Shown in pieces: positions 1-10,527 of a stretch of 64,000 nucleotides of DNA; position 1 is the stretch's first letter; the number at the start of each line of letters is the position of its first letter. Where the stretch lies: positions 19,654,001 to 19,718,000 of the forward strand of contig OZ059898.1 of NCBI GenBank assembly GCA_964057225.1. Reading direction: 5' to 3'. A model generated the notes under the pieces. That model did not search any database, was not told where the DNA came from, and was given only the letters and a program-made list of their open reading frames with translations. The position numbers and the translations under genes are program-made. Source of the DNA: Auanema rhodensis (taxonomy: Eukaryota; Animalia; Nematoda).

Positions 1-351
1 AAATGCACCGAGATATCAACTGATATAAGTTCACACTTATAGCCTCGATTTTCACCCTGAAGAATTAATTTTTTTGTTGAATAACATTGTCCATCGTCTT
101 TGCCTTGAAAAAAGGAATCTAAAAACATCTACTTTTTGCTAAATTATTTTGAAATTTTTTGAAAAAATTTTTGTCAAAATGTTTTTGGAAGCAATGTTGA
201 GTGTACATGGAAACTCAACATACACTAATGCATCATTTTTCAAACGATCATAACTAATTTTTGTATTAAGCGTTTCTCAAAGTAGTATAGTGCATTCGAT
301 GCGGATTTTTAAGCTGCGTCGATCTGTGTTATCCGATTTGCGCTAGCTTAA

Positions 352-2103
352 AAATGCACCGAGATATCAACTGATATAAGTTTACACTTATATCCTCGAT
401 TTTCACCCTGAAGAACTAATTTTTTCGTTGAAAAACATTGTCCATCGTGTTTGCCTTGAAAAAAGGAATCAAAAAACATCTACTTTTTGCTAAATCATTC
501 TGAAAGTTTTCGAAAAAATTTTTGTCAAAATGTTTTGGAAGCAATGTTGAGTGTACATGGAAACTCAACATACACTAATGCATCATTTTTCAAACGATCA
601 TAACTAATTTTTGTATTAAGCGTTTCTCAATGTAGTATAGTGCATTCGATGCGGATTTTTAAGCTGCGTCGATCTGTGTTATCAGATTTGCGCTAGCTTA
701 AAAATGCACCGAGATATCAACTGATATAAGTTCACACTTATATCCTCGATTTTCACCCTGAAGAACTAATTTTTTCGTTGAAAAACATTGTCCATCGTGT
801 TTGCCTTGAAAAAAGGAATCAAAAAACATCTACTTTTTGCTAAATCATTCTGAAATTTTTCGAAAAAATTTTTGTCAAAATGTTTTGGAAGCAATGTTGA
901 GTGTACATGGAAACTCAACATACACTAATGCATCATTTTTCAAACGATCATAACTAATTTTTGTATTAAGCGTTTCTCAATGTAGTATAGTGCATTCGAT
1001 GCGGATTTTTAAGCTGCGTCGATCTGTGTTATCAGATTTGCGCTAGCTTAAAAATGCACCGAGATATCAACTGATATAAGTTTACACTTATATCCTCGAT
1101 TTTCACCCTGAAGAACTAATTTTTTCGTTGAAAAACATTGTCCATCGTGTTTGCCTTGAAAAAAGGAATCTAAAAACATCTACTTTTTGCTAAATTATTT
1201 CGAAATTTTTCGAAAAAATTTTTGTCAAAATGTTTTTGGAAGCAATGTTGAGTGTACATGGAAACTCAACATACACTAATGCATCATTTTTCAAACGATC
1301 ATAACTAATTTTTCTATTAAGCGTTTCTCAATGTAGTATAGTGCATTCGATGCGGATTTTTAAGCTGCGTCGATCTGTGTTATCAGATTTGCGCTAGCTT
1401 AAAAATGCACCGAGATATCAACTGATATAAGTTTACACTTATATCCTCGATTTTCACCCTGAAGAACTAATTTTTTCGTTGAAAAACATTGTCCATCGTG
1501 TTTGCCTTGAAAAAAGGAATCAAAAAACATCTACTTTTTGCTAAATCATTCTGAAATTTTTCGAAAAAATTTTTGTCAAAATGTTTTGGAAGCAATGTTG
1601 AGTGTACATGGAAACTCAACATACACTAATGCATCATTTTTCAAACGATCATAACTAATTTTTGTATTAAGCGTTTCTCAATGTAGTATAGTGCATTCGA
1701 TGCGGATTTTTAAGCTGCGTCGATCTGTGTTATCAGATTTGCGCTAGCTTAAAAATGCACCGAGATATCAACTGATATAAGTTTACACTTATATCCTCGA
1801 TTTTCACCCTGAAGAACTAATTTTTTCGTTGAAAAACATTGTCCATCGTGTTTGCCTTGAAAAAAGGAATCTAAAAACATCTACTTTTTGCTAAATTATT
1901 TCGAAATTTTTCGAAAAAATTTTTGTCAAAATGTTTTTGGAAGCAATGTTGAGTGTACATGGAAACTCAACATACACTAATGCATCATTTTTCAAACGAT
2001 CATAACTAATTTTTGTATTAAGCGTTTCTCAATGTAGTATAGTGCATTCGATGCGGATTTTTAAGCTGCGTCGATCTGTGTTATCAGATTTGCGCTAGCT
2101 TAA
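352..2103. repeat. Variant domain M2-M6, including three 350-bp monomers
   Basis: Shared markers GAACTAAT, GAAAAACATT and CATCGTGTTT. M2, M3 and M5 also carry ATCAAAAAAC, TCATTCTG and a 1-bp deletion (TGTTTTGGA vs TGTTTTTGGA). Confidence 0.9.
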
Positions 2104-2475
2104 AAATGCACCGAGATATCAACTGATATAAGTTCACACTTATTTCCTCGATTTTCACCCTGAAGAATTAATTTTTTCGTTGAATAACATTGTCCATCGT
2201 CTTTGCCTTGAAAAAAGGAATCTAAAAACATCTACTTTTTGCTAAATTATTTTGAAATTTTTTGAAAAAATTTTTGTCAAAATGTTTTTGGAAGCAATGT
2301 TGAGTGTACATGGAAACTCAACATACACTAATGCATCATTTTTCAAACGATCATAACTAATTTTTGTATTAAGCGTTTCTCAATGTAGTATAGTGCATTC
2401 GATGCGGATTTTTAAGCTGCGTCGATCTGTGTTATCAGATTTGCGCTAGCTTAAAAATGCACCGAGATATCAACT

Positions 2476-2497
2476 GATATAAGTTCACACTTATATC
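2476..2497. other. Perfect 9-bp inverted repeat with 4-nt loop (monomer pos 22-43; example in M8)
   Basis: GATATAAGT-TCAC-ACTTATATC; the arms are exact reverse complements. Confidence 0.95.
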
Positions 2498-2608
2498 CTC
2501 GATTTTCACCCTGAAGAATTAATTTTTTCGTTGAATAACATTGTCCATCGTCTTTGCCTTGAAATAAGGAATCTAAAAACATCTACTTTTTGCTAAATTA
2601 TTTCGAAA

Positions 2609-2620
2609 TTTTTCGAAAAA
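2609..2620. other. 12-bp palindrome inside an A/T-tract cluster (monomer pos 155-166; example in M8)
   Basis: TTTTTCGAAAAA, overlapping a second palindrome AAAAATTTTT. Confidence 0.9.
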
Positions 2621-2647
2621 ATTTTTGTCAAAATGTTTTTGGAAGCA

Positions 2648-2675
2648 ATGTTGAGTGTACATGGAAACTCAACAT
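2648..2675. other. Perfect 9-bp inverted repeat with 10-nt loop (monomer pos 194-221; example in M8)
   Basis: ATGTTGAGT-GTACATGGAA-ACTCAACAT; the arms are exact reverse complements. Confidence 0.95.
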
Positions 2676-2758
2676 ACACTAATGCATCATTTTTCAAACG
2701 ATCATAACTAATTTTTGTATTAAGCGTTTCTCAATGTAGTATAGTGCATTCGATGCGG

Positions 2759-2809
2759 ATTTTTAAGCTGCGTCGATCTGTGTTATCAGATTTGCGCTAG
2801 CTTAAAAAT
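2759..2809. other. 51-bp imperfect palindrome (monomer pos 305-355; example M8/M9)
   Basis: ATTTTTAAGCT GCG tcg ATCTG [TGTTAT] CAGAT ttg CGC t AGCTTAAAAAT: 11+3+5 Watson-Crick pairs. Confidence 0.92.
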
Positions 2810-4209
2810 GCACCGAGATATCAACTGATATAAGTTCACACTTATATCCTCGATTTTCACCCTGAAGAATTAATTTTTTCGTTGAATAACATTGTCCATC
2901 GTCTTTGCCTTGAAATAAGGAATCTAAAAACATCTACTTTTTGCTAAATTATTTCGAAATTTTTCGAAAAAATTTTTGTCAAAATGTTTTTGGAAGCAAT
3001 GTTGAGTGTACATGGAAACTCAACATACACTAATGCATCATTTTTCAAACGATCATAACTAATTTTTGTATTAAGCGTTTCTCAATGTAGTATAGTGCAT
3101 TCGATGCGGATTTTTAAGCTGCGTCGATCTGTGTTATCAGATTTGCGCTAGCTTAAAAATGCACCGAGATATCAACTGATATAAGTTCACACTTATATCC
3201 TCGATTTTCACCCTGAAGAATTAATTTTTTCGTTGAATAACATTGTCCATCGTCTTTGCCTTGAAATAAGGAATCTAAAAACATCTACTTTTTGCTAAAT
3301 TATTTCGAAATTTTTCGAAAAAATTTTTGTCAAAATGTTTTTGGAAGCAATGTTGAGTGTACATGGAAACTCAACATACACTAATGCATCATTTTTCAAA
3401 CGATCATAACTAATTTTTGTATTAAGCGTTTCTCAATGTAGTATAGTGCATTCGATGCGGATTTTTAAGCTGCGTCGATCTGTGTTATCAGATTTGCGCT
3501 AGCTTAAAAATGCACCGAGATATCAACTGATATAAGTTCACACTTATATCCTCGATTTTCACCCTGAAGAATTAATTTTTTCGTTGAATAACATTGTCCA
3601 TCGTCTTTGCCTTGAAATAAGGAATCTAAAAACATCTACTTTTTGCTAAATTATTTCGAAATTTTTCGAAAAAATTTTTGTCAAAATGTTTTTGGAAGCA
3701 ATGTTGAGTGTACATGGAAACTCAACATACACTAATGCATCATTTTTCAAACGATCATAACTAATTTTTGTATTAAGCGTTTCTCAATGTAGTATAGTGC
3801 ATTCGATGCGGATTTTTAAGCTGCGTCGATCTGTGTTATCAGATTTGCGCTAGCTTAAAAATGCACCGAGATATCAACTGATATAAGTTCACACTTATAT
3901 CCTCGATTTTCACCCTGAAGAATTAATTTTTTCGTTGAATAACATTGTCCATCGTCTTTGCCTTGAAATAAGGAATCTAAAAACATCTATTTTTTGCTAA
4001 ATTATTTCGAAATTTTTCGAAAAAATTTTTGTCAAAATGTTTTTGGAAGCAATGTTGAGTGTACATGGAAACTCAACATACACTAATGCATCATTTTTCA
4101 AACGATCATAACTAATTTTTGTATTAGGCGTTTCTCAATGTAGTATAGTGCATTCGATGCGGATTTTTAAGCTGCGTCGATCTGTGTTATCAGATTTGCG
4201 CTAGCTTAA

Positions 4210-7200
4210 AAATGCACCGAGATATCAACTGATATAAGTTCACACTTATATCCTCGATTTTCACCCTGAAGAATTATTTTTTTCGTTGAATAACATTGTC
4301 CATCGTCTTTGCCTTGAAAAAAGGAATCTAAAAACATCTACTTTTTGCTAAATTATTTTGAAATTTTTCGAAAAAATTATTGTCAAAATGTTTTTGGAAG
4401 CAATGTTGAGTGAACATGGAAACTCAACATACACTAATGCATCATTTTTCGAACAATCATAACTAATTTTTGTATTAAGCGTTTCTCAATGTAGTATAGT
4501 GCATTCGATGCGGATTTTTAAGCTGCGTCGATCTGTGTTATCAGATTTGCGCTAGCTTAAAAATGCACCGAGATATCAACTGATATAAGTTCACACTTAT
4601 ATCCTCGATTTTCACCCTGAAGAATTAATTTTTTCGTTGAATAACATTGTCCATCGTCTTTGCCTTGAAATAAGGAATCTAAAAACATCTACTTTTTGCT
4701 AAATTATTTCGAAATTTTTCGAAAAAATTTTTGTCAAAATGTTTTTGGAAGCAATGTTGAGTGTACATGGAAACTCAACATACACTAATGCATCATTTTT
4801 CAAACGATCATAACTAATTTTTGTATTAAGCGTTTCTCAATGTAGTATAGTGCATTCGATGCGGATTTTTAAGCTGCGTCGATCTGTGTTATCAGATTTG
4901 CGCTAGCTTAAAAATGCACCGAGATATCAACTGATATAAGTTCACACTTATATCCTCGATTTTCACCCTGAAGAATTAATTTTTTCGTTGAATAACATTG
5001 TCCATCGTCTTTGCCTTGAAATAAGGAATCTAAAAACATCTACTTTTTGCTAAATTATTTCGAAATTTTTCGAAAAAATTTTTGTCAAAATGTTTTTGGA
5101 AGCAATGTTGAGTGTACATGGAAACTCAACATACACTAATGCATCATTTTTCAAACGATCATAACTAATTTTTGTATTAGGCGTTTCTCAATGTAGTATA
5201 GTGCATTCGATGCGGATTTTTAAGCTGCGTCGATCTGTGTTATCAGATTTGCGCTAGCTTAAAAATGCACCGAGATATCAACTGATATAAGTTCACACTT
5301 ATATCCTCGATTTTCACCCTGAAGAATTATTTTTTTCGTTGAATAACATTGTCCATCGTCTTTGCCTTGAAAAAAGGAATCTAAAAACATCTACTTTTTG
5401 CTAAATTATTTTGAAATTTTTCGAAAAAATTATTGTCAAAATGTTTTTGGAAGCAATGTTGAGTGAACATGGAAACTCAACATACACTAATGCATCATTT
5501 TTCGAACAATCATAACTAATTTTTGTATTAAGCGTTTCTCAATGTAGTATAGTGCATTTGATGCGGATTTTTAAGCTGCGTCGATCTGTGTTATCAGATT
5601 TGCGCTAGCTTAAAAATGCACCGAGATATCAACTGATATAAGTTCACACTTATATCCTCGATTTTCACCCTGAAGAATTAATTTTTTCGTTGAATAACAT
5701 TGTCCATCGTCTTTGCCTTGAAAAAAGGAATCTAAAAACATCTACTTTTTGCTAAATTATTTTGAAATTTTTCGAAAAAATTTTTGTCAAAATGTTTTTG
5801 GAAGCAATGTTGAGTGAACATGGAAACTCAACATACACTAATGCATCATTTTTCGAACAATCATAACTAATTTTGGTATTAAGCGTTTCTCAATGTAGTA
5901 TAGTGCATTTGATGCGGATTTTTAAGCTGCGTCGATCTGTGTTATCAGATTTGCGCTAACTTAAAAATGCACCGAGATATCAACTGATATAAGTTCACAC
6001 TTATATCCTCGATTTTCACCCTGAAGAATTAATTTTTTTGTTGAATAACATTGTCCATCGTCTTTGCCTTGAAAAAAGGAATCTAAAAACATCTACTTTT
6101 TGCTAAATTATTTTGAAATTTTTCGAAAAAATTTTTGTCAAAATGTTTTTGGAAGCAATGTTGAGTGAACATGGAAACTCAACATACACTAATGCATCAT
6201 TTTTCGAACAATCATAACTAATTTTTGTATTAAGCGTTTCTCAATGTAGTATAGTGCATTTGATGCGGATTTTTAAGCTGCGTCGATCTGTGTTATCAGA
6301 TTTGCGCTAGCTTAAAAATGCACCGAGATATCAACTGATATAAGTTCACACTTATATCCTCGATTTTCACCCTGAAGAATTAATTTTTTCGTTGAATAAC
6401 ATTGTCCATCGTCTTTGCCTTGAAAAAAGGAATCTAAAAACATCTACTTTTTGCTAAATTATTTTGAAATTTTTCGAAAAAATTTTTGTCAAAATGTTTT
6501 TGGAAGCAATGTTGAGTGAACATGGGAACTCAACATACACTAATGCATCATTTTTCGAACAATCATAACTAATTTTTGTATTAAGCGTTTCTCAATGTAG
6601 TATAGTGCATTTGATGCGGATTTTTAAGCTGCGTCGATCTGTGTTATCAGATTTGTGCTAGCTTAAAAATGCACCGAGATATCAACTGATATAAGTTCAC
6701 ACTTATATCCTCGATTTTCACCCTGAAGAATTAATTTTTTTGTTGAATAACATTGTCCATCGTCTTTGCCTTGAAAAAAGGAATCTAAAAACATCTACTT
6801 TTTGCTAAATTATTTTGAAATTTTTCGAAAAAATTTTTGTCAAAATGTTTTTGGAAGCAATGTTGAGTGAACATGGAAACTCAACATACACTAATGCATC
6901 ATTTTTCAAACGATCATAACTAATTTTTGTATTAAGCGTTTCTCAATGTAGTATAGTGCATTCGATGCGGATTTTTAAGCTGCGTCGATCTGTGTTATCA
7001 GATTTGCGCTAGCTTAAAAATGCACCGAGATATCAACTGATATAAGTTCACACTTATATCCTCGATTTTCACCCTGAAGAATTAATTTTTTCGTTGAATA
7101 ACATTGTCCATCGTCTTTGCCTTGAAAAAAGGAATCTAAAAACATCTACTTTTTGCTAAATTATTTTGAAATTTTTCGAAAAAATTTTTGTCAAAATGTT

Positions 7201-8772
7201 TTTGGAAGCAATGTTGAGTGTACATGGAAACTCAACATACACTAATGCATCATTTTTCAAACGATCATAACTAATTTTTGTATTAAGCGTTTCTCAATGT
7301 AGTATAGTGCATTCGATGCGGATTTTTAAGCTGCGTCGATCTGTGTTATCAGATTTGCGCTAGCTTAAAAATGCACCGAGATATCAACTGATATAAGTTC
7401 ACACTTATATGCTCGATTTTCACCCTGAAGAATTATTTTTTTCGTTGAATAACATTGTCCATCGTCTTTGCCTTGAAAAAAGGAATCTAAAAACATCTAC
7501 TTTTTGCTAAATTATTTTGAAATTTTTCGAAAAAATTTTTGTCAAAATGTTTTTGGAAGCAATGTTGAGTGAACATGGAAACTCAACATACACTAATGCA
7601 TCATTTTTCGAACAATCATAACTAATTTTTGTATTAAGCGTTTCTCAATGTAGTATAGTGCATTTGATGCGGATTTTTAAGCTGCGTCGATCTGTGTTAT
7701 CAGATTTGCGCTAGCTTAAAAATGCACCGAGATATCAACTGATATAAGTTCACACTTATATCCTCGATTTTCACCCTGAAGAATTAATTTTTTCGTTGAA
7801 TAACATTGTCCATCGTCTTTGCCTTGAAAAAAGGAATCTAAAAACATCTACTTTTTGCTAAATTATTTTGAAATTTTTCGAAAAAAGTTTTGTCAAAATG
7901 TTTTTGGAAGCAATGTTGAGTGAACATGGAAACTCAACATACACTAATGCATCATTTTTCGAACAATCATAACTAATTTTTGTATTAAGCGTTTCTCAAT
8001 GTAGTATAGTGCATTTGATGCGGATTTTTAAGCTGCGTCGATCTGTGTTATCAGATTTGCGCTAGCTTAAAAATGCACCGAGATATCAACTGATATAAGT
8101 TCACACTTATATCCTCGATTTTCACCCTGAAGAATTAATTTTTTTGTTGAATAACATTGTCCATCGTCTTTGCCTTGAAAAAAGGAATCTAAAAACATCT
8201 ACTTTTTGCTAAATTATTTTGAAATTTTTCGAAAAAATTTTTGTCAAAATGTTTTTGGAAGCAATGTTGAGTGAACATGGAAACTCAACATACACTAATG
8301 CATCATTTTTCGAACAATCATAACTAATTTTTGTATTAAGCGTTTCTCAATGTAGTATAGTGCATTTGATGCGGATTTTTAAGCTGCGTCGATCTGTGTT
8401 ATCAGATTTGCGCTAGCTTAAAAATGCACCGAGATATCAACTGATATAAGTTCACACTTATATCCTCGATTTTCACCCTGAAGAATTAATTTTTTTGTTG
8501 AATAACATTGTCCATCGTCTTTGCCTTGAAAAAAGGAATCTAAAAACATCTACTTTTTGCTAAATTATTTTGAAATTTTTCGAAAAAATTTTTGTCAAAA
8601 TGTTTTTGGAAGCAATGTTGAGTGAACATGGAAACTCAACATACACTAATGCATCATTTTTCAAACGATCATAACTAATTTTTGTATTAAGCGTTTCTCA
8701 ATGTAGTATAGTGCATTCGATGCGGATTTTTAAGCTGCGTCGATCTGTGTTATCAGATTTGCGCTAGCTTAA
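4210..8772. repeat. Variant domain with GTGAACA / TCGAACAATC / GCATTTGAT monomers (M13, M16-M20, M22-M25)
   Basis: GTGTACA>GTGAACA is seen only in this interval, usually linked to TCGAACAATC and CATTTGAT. Confidence 0.85.
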
Positions 8773-10527
8773 AAATGCACCGAGATATCAACTGATATAA
8801 GTTCACACTTATATCCTCGATTTTCACCCTGAAGAATTAATTTTTTCGTTGAATAACATTGTCCATCGTCTTTGCCTTGAAAAAAGGAATCTAAAAACAT
8901 CTACTTTTTGCTAAATTATTTTGAAATTTTTCGAAAAAATTTTTGTCAAAATGTTTTTGGAAGCAATGTTGAGTGTACATGGAAACTCAACATACACTAA
9001 TGCATCATTTTTCAAACGATCATAACTAATTTTTGTATTAAGCGTTTCTCAATGTAGTATAGTGCATTCGATGCGGATTTTTAAGCTGCGTCGATCTGTG
9101 TTATCAGATTTGCGCTAGCTTAAAAATGCACCGAGATATCAACTGATATAAGTTCACACTTATATCCTCGATTTTCACCCTGAAGAATTAATTTTTTCGT
9201 TGAATAACATTGTCCATCGTCTTTGCCTTGAAAAAAGGAATCTAAAAACATCTACTTTTTGCTAAGTTATTTTGAAATTTTTTGAAAAAATTTTTGTCAA
9301 AATGTTTTTGGAAGCAATGTTGAGTGTACATGGAAACTCAACATACACTAATGCATCATTTTTCAAACGATCATAACTAATTTTTGTATTAAGCGTTTCT
9401 CAATGTAGTATAGTGCATTCGATGCGGATTTTTAAGCTGCGTCGATCTGTGTTATCAGATTTGCGCTAGCTTAAAAATGCACCGAGATATCAACTGATAT
9501 AAGTTCACACTTATATCCTCGATTTTCACCCTGAAGAATTAATTTTTTCGTTGAATAACATTGTCCATCGTCTTTGCCTTGAAATAAGGAATCTAAAAAC
9601 ATCTACTTTTTGCTAAATTATTTCGAAATTTTTCGAAAAAATTTTTGTCAAAATGTTTTTGGAAGCAATGTTGAGTGTACATGGAAACTCAACATACACT
9701 AATGCATCATTTTTCAAACGATCATAACTAATTTTTGTATTAAGCGTTTCTCAATGTAGTATAGTGCATTCGATGCGGATTTTTAAGCTGCGTCGATCTG
9801 TGTTATCAGATTTGCGCTAGCTTAAAAATGCACCGAGATATCAACTGATATAAGTTCACACTTATATCCTCGATTTTCACCCTGAAGAATTAATTTTTTC
9901 GTTGAATAACATTGTCCATCGTCTTTGCCTTGAAATAAGGAATCTAAAAACATCTACTTTTTGCTAAATTATTTTGAAATTTTTTGAAAAAAGTTTTGTC
10001 AAAATGTTTTTGGAAGCAATGTTGAGTGTACATGGAAACTCAACATACACTAATGCATCATTTTTCAAACGATCATAACTAATTTTTGTATTAAGCGTTT
10101 CTCAATGTAGTATAGTGCATTCGATGCGGATTTTTAAGCTGCGTCGATCTGTGTTATCAGATTTGCGCTAGCTTAAAAATGCACCGAGATATCAACTGAT
10201 ATAAGTTCACACTTATATCCTCGATTTTCACCCTGAAGAATTAATTTTTTCGTTGAATAACATTGTCCATCGTCTTTGCCTTGAAATAAGGAATCTAAAA
10301 ACATCTTCTTTTTGCTAAATTATTTTGAAATTTTTTGAAAAAATTTTTGTCAAAATGTTTTTGGAAGCAATGTTGAGTGTACATGGAAACTCAACATACA
10401 CTAATGCATCATTTTTCAAACGATCATAACTAATTTTTGTATTAAGCGTTTCTCAATGTAGTATAGTGCATTCGATGCGGATTTTTAAGCTGCGTCGATC
10501 TGTGTTATCAGATTTGCGCTAGCTTAA

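Larger units (their letters stand above)
2455..5262. repeat. Homogeneous run of GAAATAAGG/TTTCGAAA monomers (M8-M15, interrupted by M13)
   Basis: M8-M11 (2455-3858) appear identical by eye. The TATTAGG + AATTATTGTC monomer pair is repeated at a 1053-bp offset (M12-13 and M15-16). Confidence 0.85.

Noticed and set aside
1-351. Tandem RNA-gene array (5S rRNA, tRNA, snRNA, spliced leader)
   Set aside because: I recognise no such gene or Pol III A/B/C boxes on either strand, and frequent T-runs would terminate Pol III. An Infernal/Rfam scan would make this definitive.
1-351. Assignment to a named satellite (Drosophila 1.688, Tribolium TCAST1, alpha-satellite dimer, plant ~178-bp dimer)
   Set aside because: Only size and AT content are similar; I cannot support sequence identity without a database search.
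2525-2541. CENP-B-box-like motif (TTTCGTTGAATAACATT)
   Set aside because: It matches TTCG and the central A of nTTCGnnnnAnnCGGGn but lacks CGGG (5 of 9 essential bases), which is expected by chance in AT-rich DNA.
2476-2809. Hairpins as intrinsic terminators or promoters
   Set aside because: Stems are AT-rich, there is no adjacent gene, and the context is a satellite array.
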